DNA of 49,392 nt, filler included, from Bipalium vagum (GCA_037834085.1; 2 parts of 2 records of this genome joined end to end with filler, not necessarily neighbours in it), one strand, 5' to 3'. Counted from the whole stretch's first letter, positions 14,500 through 28,440 are shown. Program-made: numbers and translations. The notes: a model not told the origin generated them from the letters alone.

Positions 14500-15050
14500 G
14501 TTGTGGTAGAATGTAATAGAAAACAAGTTTAAGTCTGAAAAACTGGTCTCAATCCTTTGGATTATGGCATCAAAATTCCTGGTCGACCAGATTTTTGCTC
14601 CGTAACTTTTGTGTTGCGCCTATTTGAAAGTGGTGACCGTGGAACCTGAATTATCCATGAATGAACTTTTATTTCATTGTTCTGGGTTTTTTAAGAAATA
14701 GTATCAGCTGATTCCTGAAAATAATAAGTGAACAGAGAATGGTCATCTTTGACAATCACTCTCTCATTTTGGTGGCTTACCTTTATATAAACCAAAAATT
14801 AAATAAAAGGAGTATCTCTCCAGTATCTTATCCAATATCGTTTCCATTTTAGAAATTCTGGGTTATCTTCGAAATCCGACTGAACCGCTCTGCAAATCGT
14901 TGTTGCTGAAAAATTTCATTTGCAGTTAACCTTGTGTGAACTGACATATATCTTGTTGTATGATTAGTTCTAACCTCATTGATAACTTGGCGCATTAATA
15001 TCTTTGAAAAAAAAATCTACTCTTGAAGCAGTTTATAAATGAAGGTTTTC
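14500..15050 (-). mobile_element. Highly degraded Tc1/mariner-superfamily remnant
   Basis: Scattered minus-strand fragments (DFEDNPEFL, FQIGAT, FSDLN) resemble FQQDGA and SPDLN motifs. Boundaries approximate. Confidence 0.3.
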
Positions 15051-15421
15051 GAAAATTTCGTAAAATAATATTCATCTGAAAAGATTACAATAAAGGCAAA
15101 AGAAATAGGCTCAAAAGTCAACAAAGACTGATAATCCTTGAAATAAAATTGTTATCCTTTTAAAGGAATTATCTAGAAATTATAAATTCAGATTGTCAAA
15201 CAATTCATTCATTACTTTTCACCATGACAATGGAAAACCACTCGCATATTTTAATAGATAGTAAAATGTAATGTTTAATCGAAATATGTAGTAAGTTTTT
15301 TGTCTTTTCAGATTACGGTTAATTTTTTACACCTTCAATGTTGTTAATAATTCCAAAATGCTACTTGGAAAATCGTAATAAATTATTAATAATGTTAGAC
15401 AACACATTTAAAGAAAATATA

Positions 15422-16672
15422 CAGGGTGTTTATTATCTACTTTATTTTTAAATTAGAAGCTAAAAAATAAAAGTATTACTAATTTGTTTATATGGATTAA
15501 AAATTTAATAATCCATTTAGTTAATTTTAAAATAAAATGGCTTTGCGTTTTTCGATGGAAGAAAGAATTCAAATTGTTGTATGGAACTCCAAATTAGGCA
15601 TTTGAAAAAGAAGTTTATCACTTCACCACCAAGTAGGCAAACAATTTAAAAAAATAGTGGAAATGTTTAAGAAGACTGGAAGTGTTTATAATCAAGTAAA
15701 ATCCGGCCGATCTCGCTCCGTATTAACAACGAAAACAATTCAAAGAGTGAAAAAATTGGTTGAAGAATCTAGCAATTTGTCAGTTCGGCAGGGTGCTAGG
15801 GAACTTGACATGACTGTAATCAGTTATTACAAGGCAATTAATGAAGTAGGCTTTCATTCATTTAAGAAGTCAACCGTAATTGAGATCAGCGATGACGACT
15901 TTGACCGAAGAATGGAATTTTTTTTTGACAATGTTGGTAAAATTCCAAAATGACTCTTCCTTGGTCAACAAGATAATATGGTCAGGCGAGAGTAAGTTCA
16001 TCCTCAATAGAGTTGTTAACCGCCACAATTGTTGCTATTGAGCCTACTCTAACCCTAAAATAACAATTCCTTTTAGAAACTAGGGGTCTGGATAACGGTG
16101 TGGTGTGGTTTAAGTTCACAAGGTATCATGGGCCATACTTCTTCGAAGATACGATAACTGGTGAGTCATACCTGGAGATGCTGGAAAAGTTTTTATGGCT
16201 TAGAGTAACAAGAGGTCGTAAGTACTTACAATACGATGGGGCACCTGCGCACTATTCGCAAAAGTCAGGAACTGGCTAGACAAAAAGTTCCCAAATCGCT
16301 GGATTGGAAGACGAGGTCAAATTGAGTGGCCTTCTGGTTCGCCCGATCTAACTCCGCCAGATTTCTTCTTTTGGGGATATCTAAAACAAAATTTGTACAG
16401 AGACAGACCTCATACAGTCTCTGAGCTGAAGGATAAAATCAGTCTTGTTTGTAATGAAGTAGATACTGGAATGTGCCAGCGAGCATGTCTAAATGTACTG
16501 TCTCGATTAGGCCATTGCCTAGCTATCAGCGGCTTCAAATTATATAATTACATATTGTATTTGTTTTTAAATATATGTTATTCAAATAAAAAAGTATTAC
16601 CTACTTTATATCTTTATTGTTTGTTAAAATATTTAAAATAAAAGTATGTTAACATACATAATAAACACCCTG
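15422..16672 (+). mobile_element. Full-length but inactivated DD41D (rosa/Visitor-type) Tc1/mariner transposon
   Basis: TIRs CAGGGTGTTTATTAT / ATAATAAACACCCTG, with TA at 15420-21 and 16673-74. Transposase across frameshifts: FKKTGSV, SGRSRS, IIWSGESKF, VNRHNC, TVWCGLS, GPYFFE, YDGAPAH...WIGRRGQIEWPSGSPDLTPPDFFFWGYLK. There are 41 residues between the last two Asp after repairing one frameshift. Confidence 0.93.
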
Positions 16673-17417
16673 TATATTCTCATGTCCTTCATTTCTTCAA
16701 AAAATGCAAATTTCCATCTCCATATTTGACATCTATTTTTAAAAAATTATTTCGATATATAATTTATCTCTTTGGTTTCCTTGTTCCAATCAATCTATGA
16801 GAACTATTGTGGAGTGTGTATTTATCTTGTTTTTCTAAAAAAATCTTCTTTCGATGTAATTTTTAATTAATAATGTTTATTTGTTTTTAACTTTTATTGT
16901 AACGTACTTCCAAGAAGTCAAATAAGTAAAGTTACATTTTATATAATATATTTATATATCTAAAATATAATTTTTGTCACTAATTCCATGTAATTAATAA
17001 TTCAGTAATGATAAACATCACAACTACATCCATTACTCCACAGTTGAAAAATGTAAACTGTTTTGAAAAACCAAAAGATAATTATTAGTATTATTATTAT
17101 TAGGTAGTTCGGAAAGTCACTTTGCATTTGTCATGGAAATATTATAAAGTTAATTTAAAACAAGTCATTACAGAAATCGACATACCTAGTTGATATATTT
17201 TTATTATATCAAATAATATTTAAGTTTTAAATCTGAAATACTTCGATTCATATTCACTGACACAGTTCTTTGAATCTAAAAACAAGAATTACTGCGCAGA
17301 TGAAATCATAAAATATCACTTTACGAAAATATATAATATTAACTTTCATATTCAAATTTTGAGTGTAAATTTTCGAATGATATTTTTTCTAATAGTGTTT
17401 CACGTGCTTTTATTTAG

Positions 17418-17469
17418 ACCACAACCACGAAATTCTTTTCGACGAAACGGATACCAATTTTATAAATAA
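17418..17469 (+). CDS. dlg1: Dlg 52-nt linker exon between PDZ2 and PDZ3
   Basis: ttttatttag|AC...AA|gtatgt. Encodes (D)HNHEILFDETDTNFIN(K) and exactly bridges the phase-1 donor at 12680 to the phase-2 acceptor at 20140. Confidence 0.75.
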
Positions 17470-19614
17470 GTATGTTTTGTTTTGAAACGTAAAAGTTAAT
17501 TAATAGTTTCAATTTTTGTTTCAAGGAAAATTATTAAATGTTTTCATTTAAAATTTCAAAATTATTATATTTATTGCATTAATATAATTATAATAGGAAA
17601 ATCTATAAAGCAAAAAATTAAACCCTTTATATTTTAACTTAGTTTAAGGTTGGTTTATTTGGAATTTTATATAAAATTGACTGTACTTTGATTTTAGCAC
17701 TGTGTTAAATTAAATATATTATACAATCATAACTGATGCACACTATTATTACATGTAATTTTTTACAAATAAAATTTTACTTAGATTTTTTACGAAGCAG
17801 AATGAATCTGTGCATCAATCTCATACTTACTGACAGGAATAATATATATTTTTATTTAAAGTTTAATATATCGCACCACATTTACAAATATCTTTTCTAT
17901 GGCTTATTAATAACCAAAAATACACCACGGGAATTTTTTCTTTAAAATTCATAATATATTGAGTGTTATAATAATTTTAAATTTAAATTAATTAAGTGTT
18001 ATCATTAATAATATTGATAAATATTTCTTTTTAGATATTAAAAATTATAATATTGGATTTTATGTAATCGATAATTATTTTTAATTTTAATATTGAATTA
18101 ATAAATTTTTATGTCTGAAAATCCCGTAATTCGATAAATAAAGTTGCATAAATAATCAAATTTATTTATTAAAATAATTAATAAAAACTTGTGGACTCTA
18201 TTCCTTTTAGTTAATAATTAATGTAAAAGTTAAAAGATTTAATGATTTAAGAAATATTTTGATAAACATGTTTTAAAAAATCAATAATATATTGTTTTAA
18301 AGAAATATTTTATTGATATATTGAAAGATATATTAAAATATTATTTTGACATTTGTTAGATAACACTAAATATTTACATTTTTTATAAAATAGAATAAGA
18401 AATTCAAAAATGAAAAATTCATGTAAAACAATTTGTTAAAGCAAATTTCAAGTTTTGAAATTTTGCTGCTTGAAGTTCAAATTATTTTTAATAGTGTGTT
18501 CGATTCCCTTTGTAATACATTTTATTGTTCTTGAACTTGATCCATTAAATTTGATGAAAAAATGGCCTGCGTATTTTTATTGTGGATTTGACGTGATGAA
18601 AACGAAAAGGAAATTGAATATCTGCAAATTATTGTAAAAATTACAATTGGAACGGTTGAGAAATGTGCAGGAAACGCTTTAAGATTAATATTTTTGAATT
18701 TATCTAACAATAATTAGCATTGTTATAATGAAATTGTCGTTTTCTAATGCTTTGTTATTAATTAGTGATTATAATATATTTCATTGTATAAGAAATATTT
18801 ACACAAAATATGAATAAATTATTATTAAAAACCTTGTTTTTGGTCCCTTTTTAGTTAATATTATATTAATATTTTCAATTACGCCACTAACTTTAATTGT
18901 TTTTATTTTAATTTTCTTAAGAGGTTAGCTTTATTCCTCCATAGATGAGTTAGATCCAAATATCAATAAAGAAATTCTCAGATTAAGTCTGAAATAATTT
19001 GGAATTGTATCTTAAAACTTCTGGGTTGGAAAATCGTTAATTTTAAATACAACAATATCGTGCAAATTTATCTCTGTTTAGGAAAGTAATTTATTGTCTG
19101 TTGGCGAGCTTGAATAACCGAAGCGAATAATTGGTAACATGTTTCAATATTCAATGATAAGAGTATGATTTAAGCAAATAAACCATTTGTAGAAAAATTA
19201 GAATGGAAAACATCTGCTATTTCTCTTTTGTGGCCCAGTTGTAGATATAGATCTTTTATTAACAACGCATGTATACACATTTGGTCCTACTTATCGAATG
19301 AGACAAGGCAAAATTTGTACTCTCGCTTAGCAGGTAAATAAAAGTATGCAGATGGACTCCAGATCCCCACAAAACTCACGAATAATTTAAAAAAATATTA
19401 ATTTTGTTGAATTTATTTTTATTCGATTGTTAAATATGAAATTGCCGATTTCTTTTGCTATCTATTTTTCAATGCTTTGTTTTTTTAAAAAATGCGTGAA
19501 TTGTATATTATTAAATGGAAGATTTTAGATTTCTTTATAATATAATTATAACTATTTATTTATACCTTTTTGATTTTGTGAATCCCCGGATCGGAAGTTA
19601 AGTAATGGTTAACT

Positions 19615-19945
19615 ATGAATTTCGCGTTATTATGCTAGGCGAATTTAAACATGGCCATAATTCAGCAGAAACACCATAAATTATCGAGAAACATGGGACA
19701 AGATTCAGTTTCAGAAGACACATCTTGTTGCTGATTAATTGAAACAGTTAGTGGAATCAAATACACAAATAACAGTTAGAGAGATTGCAGAAGGATTAAA
19801 CATAAGCATACCAATTGTTTCACTTAAGCTGAAAAAAATTGAAAAAGTAAAAAAAAGAGTGCCTCACGAACTTAATAAAATTTAAAGAAATAAGTGTGAA
19901 TCATTACATGCAATGGAAAATTGGTGTTATACGATAATCGTAAAA
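19615..19945 (+). mobile_element. Deleted mariner remnant
   Basis: EFRVIMLGEFKHGHNSAET and LKQLVESNTQITVREIAEGLNISIPIVSLKLKKIEKVKKRVPHEL (WVPHEL motif). Confidence 0.7.
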
Positions 19946-20139
19946 GTTTAAATAAAGATGATTCACTGAACAAGTGCTAAATACTTTAAAATCATTTTTC
20001 TCATAAACTCTTTACATATTTGCTTTCAATAATTTTTTAATATAATATTTTTCCATTTTCTCAATTCATGAAAAATCATATTCAGAAAAAATTGAAAAAA
20101 TATAATATTGTTAAACTTTGTCTATTGTGTTTGTTTTAG

Positions 20140-20302
20140 ATCACCTAGAATCGTTGTCCTCGTAAGATCTGATGAAAAATGTGGGTTTGGATTCAATATT
20201 GTCGGCGGAGAAGATGAAGATGGGATTTTTGTCTCTTTTATTATTCCAAATGGTATTGCTTCGAAAAATGCCAGTATTTTTGTTGGAGATCGAATATGGC
20301 AG
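20140..20302 (+). CDS. dlg1: Dlg exon: N-terminal part of PDZ3
   Basis: ttgttttag|A TCA...CAG|gtaaaa. [54 protein letters not shown] resembles Dlg PDZ3 (EPRRIVI...[20 protein letters not shown]). Confidence 0.93.
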
Positions 20303-20988
20303 GTAAAAATTGTTACATTATGTTTTTACTTTAATGAAATTGTTGAGTCTTAATTCTTATTCTCTCTTAGAAGAACCTTAAAACAATCTGTTTGTATTTT
20401 TAAATGTTTTGGTTCCCTCAAATTAAAGCCAAATTTTAAATATAAAAAATTCTTTACTCAATTGATTGTCATATGGTTTTGTGTTTTTTTTATTTTTAAA
20501 TTTCTAAACAATGTTTTCCAGAAGATATTTCTCTTCAGTTGCCGCTTAAATAATATTATATATTTATGCGATAATTTCATTTATGTGCGATATACGTTAT
20601 CCTCCTACTTTCTTCTATTATTTCTATGGGTATTATATGATTGATAAATAATGTGGGGGCTCCGAACAATTACGGAAAATTTAAGGAGAAAATGAATTAG
20701 AAGAAGCAAGATAAATCAGAAGAAAACAAGAAAATCAGCAAGCTAATTGATAAATCTAAATAACTTTACTAAACAATTAAATTTTTTAATAATTATGATA
20801 TAAAAAGAGCCTTTAAACACATTAAAAACGACAGAAAATGCTTATTATTATAAAATCAACTATAATAATAAGATTTGGATTTATTCATATAATGAATTTT
20901 CACAGAAGAACATTGTTAAACAACAAAAACCGTTAACAGACAAGACAGAGCAATGAAACTCAAATAAGTTAACAAAAGATCATTAATA

Positions 20989-22230
20989 CAAGGTCTGTAA
21001 ATTAACTAACGATACTGGTTCGATAACACGTTTTATTTACAATATATTTATATATTACCTTTATCTTCTTCAAAGTAGTTCCCTTTAGAAGCAACACACC
21101 ACTTCATTCGGTTTTCACACTCATCGTAGCAGTGGTGGAAGTCCGAAACTGGAATGTCCTTCAGTTGACCGGTAACATTTTCTTTTATTTTTTCTATTTT
21201 TCCAAAATGATGTCCTTTGAGGTAGATTTTTAGATTAGGAAAAAACAGGAAAAGGTCACAAGGGCTCAAATCAAAAGAATAGGGTGAGTTAGAACGACAG
21301 AAATGTTTTTTTCTGGTCAGAAACTCAGTAATTGATATGGCAGTGTGACAAGGCACATTGTCAAGATGCAGCATCCAGTTGTCTTTGAATCTTTTCTGCA
21401 GCCTTTCCAGGTTTCCAAGATAAACTTTTGATTTTTTTGAAACACGTTATTGACAATGCCATTCGAATCAACGAAAGAAATCAGCATGGTTTTCACTCTG
21501 GATATGCTCATTCTTGCCTTTTTCAGACTAGGTGAATTGGAAGTGTGCCATTCCTTACTCTGGTGTTTTGTTTCTGAGTCATACTCAAAAATCCCCGATT
21601 CGTCATCGGTAATAGCGTGTTTTAGAAAATCAGCATTTCTTTCAATTCGTCCCAAGAGATCTACACGAATTTCCATTCTATTGTCTTTATGTTGAAAAGT
21701 GAGATTTTCTGGAACCAATTTTGCACAAACATTTCTCATGTTTAATTCTTCTCTCAAATTTTGATGTACTGAGATATGATTCAAATACAGTTCTTCTGCA
21801 ATCATTCTTTTAGTCAATCGTCGATTATTTCGCACAAAATTTCTGATTTTTCAAAAATTTTCTATGTTAAGGGTCTTCTAGAGAGATGGTCATCTTAAAC
21901 CGATTCTCTTCCATCTGAAAATGTTTTATACCATCTAAAAACTTAAGCTCTTGACAAAGATTTGTCACCACAGGCTCTCTTCAATTTTTCAAACGTTACA
22001 GTAGCAGTTTCACAAAATTTGATTTCTTGACGCTGTTCGTAATTGTTCTCACTAATTTTTTGAAACGCAAACCAAAAACTTGACAAAAATAGACTGATGT
22101 CTTATAGTCGCATGATAATAATAGATTGATGAAATTAATACTCATTGTTGATTACCTGTTTGGCTAACCGTATGACTACCTTACAGTGTTGCCAGTTTGG
22201 CAGGGAAAAAAAATCATTATCATTAAATTC
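20989..22230 (-). mobile_element. Decayed mariner (DD34D, irritans-like) transposon
   Basis: EQRQEIKFC, VFRWYKTFSDGRESV, VCAKLVPENLT, ITDDESGIFEYD, LDNVPCH-(D34D)-PYSFDLSPCDLFLFFPNLK, CVASKGNYFEED. TA plus TIR-like caaggtctgtaaattaactaacgatact at 20989. The other end is degenerate. Confidence 0.92.
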
Positions 22231-24624
22231 TCAAAACGAACGCCAGAAATAAATTTGTATACTCAAATGAAGCAATTTCTCCAAGATCTCGCAACTGTGA
22301 TTAATTTAAATGATCCAGAAGCCATAATTAAGTATAATCCATTTATAAAATAAAATATTTTCATTATTTTATAATTTTTAAAAATTGTTTTACAAATTAA
22401 AATTACAAAGTATTATAAAAATTTAAAAATTATCTTTTAAAATAATTAGCTTAAAACAAAATTAGTAATTTTAACGATTTCAATAATAAAAAATTACTTA
22501 AAATAGTAACATACTAAATATAGAACTTATAGACTGTTAATAAATTTAATAACTTCAAATAAAAAGTTGTTTTAAAATCATTAATAAAATTTTTTAACCA
22601 ATTAAATGGCTCAATTGTGAAATTGGGTAGTATATAAACCATTAAATTTCACATCAATTGGTACTTTAAAATATTAAGAATAGGCTGTATACTCTTTTAG
22701 AAACTGGTAATTATAAAGGTAGGATATTGAAGTAATTACTAAAATTTAACTGGTTTCTTTTAAAATGGTAAATTTATTAGTTTGATTTCCTGGTGAAAAA
22801 AATTAATTTTGTTTAGTATTTTCTTATTTTATTTTTTCTCCTTTCAATTCGATTTTGTTTCTCTATATGCGGCAGAATACATTCTACTATAAATTACAGA
22901 GCTTCTTTATCAAGATCATTTTAATCAAATGATTTAATTATATGATAATTTAAAGATATTTTTGTAAAAAACTGGATAATTTGAAACTGTGATAAAAATT
23001 TTTTTTATTTCTAATTTTTGTTTATTTATTCTTCGATTATTTACAGTTCAGAGGGGATTGATGATTTCCATATTCGAGCTGACATCTTGTAAAACACTGG
23101 ATTAGTATGATTCAGCACTTATAATAGTTTCTTTCGGAAAATATAAATTATTCTTTTACCTAAAATATATAAATTGAATAAGAAATCTAGAAATTATTAT
23201 TTTAATTCAATTTTCTAAAAACATTAGGATTTTGTTCTCAATTACAATAAAATTATTAAGTAATTTTTTGAAGTTAATTTATTATTTTCTTAAATTTATT
23301 TCAAAAAATCTTTAAATGCGAAATTATCTTTATTAAAAGTCACTTTATGGAAAAAATTGATTATTAATATGTTAATTATTTAGAGAATTTCATACAGGAA
23401 AGCTTGTAAATATTCTTTTAAATAAAAAACTTAATTTGACTATCGAAATTTGCAATGTTGCCATGGTAGCATGATCAACCAAAAATCTCAGTATATGCAC
23501 TTTTAGGTCGTTAGATAGGACGATGTAAAACAACTGCAATTACCAATGAGACTTGGCCATTTTACAGACCAGGAAATATTATTTAACACGATACTTAAAT
23601 GAGTGTAAAGGTCAAAGAATAAAAGGAATTCTGTTCAATTTTCTTTTTGTCTATTATTTATTCACACGATATTCGCTGAAGATACAAGTCTCACAAAATT
23701 CTTCTTGAAATATTAAATTTATCACATTTTTATTGTCACGTTTTATATTTTATTATTTTCTAAGAAATTTCTAATGAAATATTGAATCATTTGAATTATT
23801 TTAAGATTCTGTATCATTGATTTAATAAAGTAAATAATTTTTTTTAAAAACTGAAAATAAAATATATAATATAAAATAATATGCATCTCTTATTATGATA
23901 AATGTTCATTTTGATTATTTTTCAACCCTTCTAACTTGTGAAGTTGCACTGTTGTATTTTATGTCCTTTTGGCACTTTTTAAATTCGAAAATAATTGAAT
24001 TGATTGATGGAATATTAATTGTATTTTCTGTTTTTTTTCTAGTTTCAAAAAATATTTTGTTTCCCGCACCCGGTTTACGAGGATGAAATTATTTAGATTA
24101 TTTTATGACTTCTATTGATAGAGGATTTTTCTGGAAATGTCAAGGAAAAAGAAAGATTCTAATAAATTTCTTTAAGTAAAAAATTTCGTTTTTTGCCAAT
24201 TCTTATCAAACAATGATTGGAATTTGTTTATCATTTTTATCTTTACTTAGGTAATAAAGTTTTTATACAATTTAAAAAAAGAATTTTAAAAAATTATTTA
24301 AACAGATTTCAATTTTTTAAAAATTTCAAAAGATATATCAATTTACTGTTGATGGATCTCAGTTGAATTGTATGTCTTTGTATATTCTTAAGTGTAAAAA
24401 TCCTACTAATTCCTAATAATAACTGTTGTGTAAAGAAAATTTACATAACTGGTGACATCCGCGAATATCTTAGAGGAATGTATGATAAATTTTAATTTAA
24501 TTTTATCAAAAGATTACTTTTATATTGTTCATTGTAAAAGGTTAATGTAAAAAGGTTCTTCAAATTAAAATTATACGATTGAAACTATAGGAAATCGCAA
24601 TTGTAAAATATCAAGAACTTCTTA

Positions 24625-25322
24625 CAGGAGAGTTCGCCTAATCCGAAATTTTTTACAGTCTCTAATTTTTAAATTGGAAAATACCCTATAATTAATTCGT
24701 CTAATTCGAAAAATATTTTGTAATTCAAATTAATTAAAAATTTTAAATTGAAAAATAATTTACATCCATATCCGATGTTTTAATGAATCCAATTACATAA
24801 ATTACTTGCAATATTATTTAAATATTGTTTTATAGAATAAACACGTTTGAATTTGATATTTCCTTATACAAATAAATTTATTTTAGACAGGATGTTAAAA
24901 AGAAATCGAACAGAAATTTCACTATCTAAATAATATGAAATCATTAATTTTTTAGAAAATCTAGAAGAAAGAGGAAGTAAGATTGGCTTTGAATATCGGT
25001 TAAATTTGGAATTAAAGCTCCAACTTGAAGGCATAACAGGTGCTGTTAAAAGAATAAAAAAAGTGCCAACATGCATTAAAAGTACTTTTAACATGGTTCT
25101 TTCAAACCCGAAATGTAAGACCTGATATTGCAATAAATAGTGATAAGATCTTGGATCTGACAAATTATGTAGGAAAAAATCGATAAAGAAATCGACCAGA
25201 TGAGCATTTAGGCTGCCATTTATTAATAAAAATTAATTCAATTTTTGATTTTTAAAATCAAATTCATTTAATCCGAATGTTTTTTATGGTCTCGAGGAAT
25301 TCAGATTAGACGAACTCTTCTG
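24625..25322. mobile_element. pogo/Tigger-type non-autonomous element (MITE, ~700 bp)
   Basis: 23-bp TIRs caggagagttcgcctaatccgaa and (reverse complement) cagaagagttcgtctaatctgaa match 20/23. TA on the left. Subterminal TAATYCGAA motifs are repeated internally. Confidence 0.8.
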
Positions 25323-26239
25323 GATTTTTAAATTAAATAGATTTATTTTGAATTTTATTATATAACAGTGGTTCATAATTTTGTTTTTTTTTAATTATTG
25401 ATTTTCATGATTTTATTCTCTGAATTTTAAAAATAGTCGATCATGATTAATAAAAGTAAGTAAAAATGTAAAAACAATAATTTAAAATCTAAAATTGTAA
25501 AAAAGGCCTCTAGATGCCAATGAATGCTGTTGATATCCGACCTGAATTCAAGAATACATAGATTTCTTAGAATTTATCAAACAAAATGGAAAGATATTTT
25601 ATCAAGTTTTAATAATGTATTTTCATTATGAAAATCAATATCACCATTTCTTCAAAAAAATCAACTCTATTTCAAGTCGAATTGACTAAGTTTTATAGGA
25701 GAATCTCATTAACTTTTTTTCAATAATAGCTTTTCCAATCCTTTGATTTTCCTATATTACAAGTTTCCAGATGCTTATAAATGGTTTTCTCTTTTTATCT
25801 TAGTAAGATTCTCTTTGGCAAATTTCTGGGATATTCAATGAATTACATTTATCAAACTCCAATTTAATGCCTTTTCTAAAATTCATGCTAAAAAATTTTC
25901 AGTTAACTGAAGAATAAATAACAATAACATGGAAAAAATGGAAAATATTGAATTAATCTTTTGTTTGAATTCAAAATTATATTTTAAAAACTCTAAAAAC
26001 CAAAATTTTTTTGAATGTCTTATAAACTGTAAACACCTAAAGCGATTTCTAAGATTATTTTTTCTTAAACTATTTTAAGCCATTTTTTTCCTGCCAGAGA
26101 ATGTTTTTAATAAATTTTTAATTAAAATCTCTGGATAAGCGGATTATTCATAAAAAATATTGATGATAATTATAATAATAATTATTAAGATAATGATTAC
26201 AGTAATGATAAATAATCATAATATTTTTATATAAATTAG

Positions 26240-26342
26240 GTAAATGGTATAGATATATCTGTTGCAACTCATGACGAAGCTGCCGCATTGCTGAAAGGAG
26301 CTGGAAAATCATTAGAACTTCTTTTAACGACAGATTTAAATG
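26240..26342 (+). CDS. dlg1: Dlg exon: C-terminal part of PDZ3
   Basis: aaattag|GTA... translates to VNGIDISVATHDEAAALLKGAGKSLELLLTTDLN, then G|gtgata (phase 1). Unspliced read-through stops at 26359. Confidence 0.9.
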
Positions 26343-26756
26343 GTGATAAGTTTTCTTAATTTTAAAATACATTTATTTATTTCATCCTCTTTTAATAGAC
26401 ATAAAATCTTTAATTTTTTCATTTGATATATTTGCTTTAAGTAAACATCTTTACCATTGGATACGTTGTCTGCCTATAAATATATGTTTATCTATTTTAT
26501 ATTATTTTAATTTCTTTCACTATCTCCAGGAAGTATCTTGTCAGAATAAAGGGAAGTTAATCATAAAGCTTCTTATTGATTAGTAATAGAATTTGCGAAG
26601 AAATAGAAACGTTAACCAACTGAAAACTTTGAGCTGTCGATCATTTTCCTTTTTAAAAGAATATTTCTAATATATGATGAATTAACAAATATTGATTAAT
26701 ACAAAAATATAGCAATAATCGTCAATTTTGCTAGTCATGCTTCTTAACCTCTTATC

Positions 26757-26798
<42 letters not shown>

Positions 26799-26802
26799 TA
26801 AT
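26757..26802. repeat. (AAT)n microsatellite at a contig end
   Basis: Directly visible. An (AT)n run flanks the other side of the gap (~26905-26932). Confidence 0.95.
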
Positions 26803-26902
26803 NNNNNNNNNNNNNNNNNNNNNNNNNNNNNNNNNNNNNNNNNNNNTTAATTAATTAANNNNNNNNNNNNNNNNNNNNNNNNNNNNNNNNNNNNNNNNNN
26901 NN
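26803..26902. other. Artificial assembly spacer (44 N + TTAATTAATTAA + 44 N)
   Basis: Exactly 100 nt and symmetric. The central 12-mer gives stop codons in all six frames, as in standard contig-joining linkers. Confidence 0.97.
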
Positions 26903-27559
26903 CAATATATATATATCTATATATATATATATGTTCTCATGTTTTTGTATCACATAGAAATCTCATCACATCAAATATTATTGTTATTTAACATTAATTA
27001 AATGGTTTTCTCAACGTTAAATTTTTTAAAAATCGTAATTATTTACTGAGGTTTGTTTTTCTTCCGAAATCCGTTTGATTGAAACTCTGTTTATTAATTC
27101 ACATTCCTACAACTTTCCTTCCTCTTTTTCTTTACCACGGTGTACTTAAAAGGGAATTGTTGTTTTTGTAGAAAATGTTGTTTTTAGTTTTAGAAAATAT
27201 TATAGTTTTATCCTTTTTTATTTTGATTATTCTTTGTCTAGTTTTTTTTTCAAATATATTTTCATTTTGAATTTTTATTATTCTGATCGGATTCTTAATC
27301 AATACATTTTAGTCAGGTTTACAATTTTATCTAATTTCTTTCCTCTATATTTCTTAAGGATTATAATATAACGTTCTAAAAATCAGTTTATTTCCTTTGA
27401 AATGACTTTATGTAATATTTACTCCCTTCTGGTTTCGTATCATTTACTCTGAAATAACCAAACATTTAAAGATTTAATGAAGTCTACAACTTACAATATA
27501 TTTCTGAGATACAAGAATGAGAGTATAATTTTAGACCTGATATACTTCTGAAAATATAA

Positions 27560-28440
27560 TTATTTCAAGATACAGAGTTGGTCAATTATAAGTTATTCTG
27601 GACTTAACGTCCGGACATTAAACGATAATCATTCTGAAATATATTCTAGAATTTTTGTTTAAGTGCCTTATAAAAGTGTTTTCATGTTCCTTTCTGCATG
27701 AATTACGTTCCCTGCAATAAATTTTGTATTGAAGAAGTTAGTGATGCTTGAAACAATTTCTAATTCACATTAATGTCTACGTCTAAATTACTAAAAAAAA
27801 CTGTTAATTAGATTTTTAACTAAAAAGGAAGCTTTTATCACAAAATGCTTCAGTTTTAATTTTGATCATAATTCAGAACGGAGTTTTTACTCTCATACAA
27901 TCATCTTTCAGAGTAGACCTTAATGTACATAGGTTGATTAATTAGTTTCATTAATTGAAGTGTCGGTTAGATAAGTAATCTAAAACTTTTTTTTTCAAAT
28001 GATAACAAGTGAATATCTTCAGTAAATTCAGCATTCATCTTTTTTAGTGCTGGTTGTATACACCAAATAAAGCTCAAGTTATAATTCTTACTGGATAAAT
28101 TTATTAATCAAAATTAAAATTCCTCGCTATAATGAGAAAGGTCTCTATTAGAATGAAACTCATCAAATTTACTGCTTGTAATTATGGGTGAATTTGATGA
28201 GATAAAAACCATTTTGTGTAACCATTATCAAAGTTTATGAATTTGGATTATTCATTAGTCTCATACAAAACAATTTTCGAATTACTTGTAACCTGTACGT
28301 CTGGCTTTCAGATTGTAAAGATTCAGCAAATGATTAATGACATAATAATAGACTAAATTTGCGAATCTATTACATCTTTAAGGTCAGCTACATATAAACT
28401 GTATTCTTGTTAATGAAAATTTAAGTGATAAAAATATATC
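27560..28440. mobile_element. Possible very degraded non-LTR (LINE) AP-endonuclease remnants
   Basis: Minus-strand LSFNVRTLS (~27600-27630) and plus-strand VVYTPN and LLVIMGEFD (~28050-28200) resemble APE motifs. No continuous frame. Confidence 0.3.

Noticed and set aside
20650-20986. A-rich strand-biased segment flanking the mariner, possibly a LINE remnant
   Set aside because: No diagnostic motif could be read.
23457-23470. RFX X-box-like GTTGCCATGGTAGC
   Set aside because: Imperfect match, deep in an intron, with no supporting promoter evidence.
26847-26858. Palindromic TTAATTAATTAA as a piggyBac TTAA site or regulatory palindrome
   Set aside because: Centred in N runs; it is an assembly linker.
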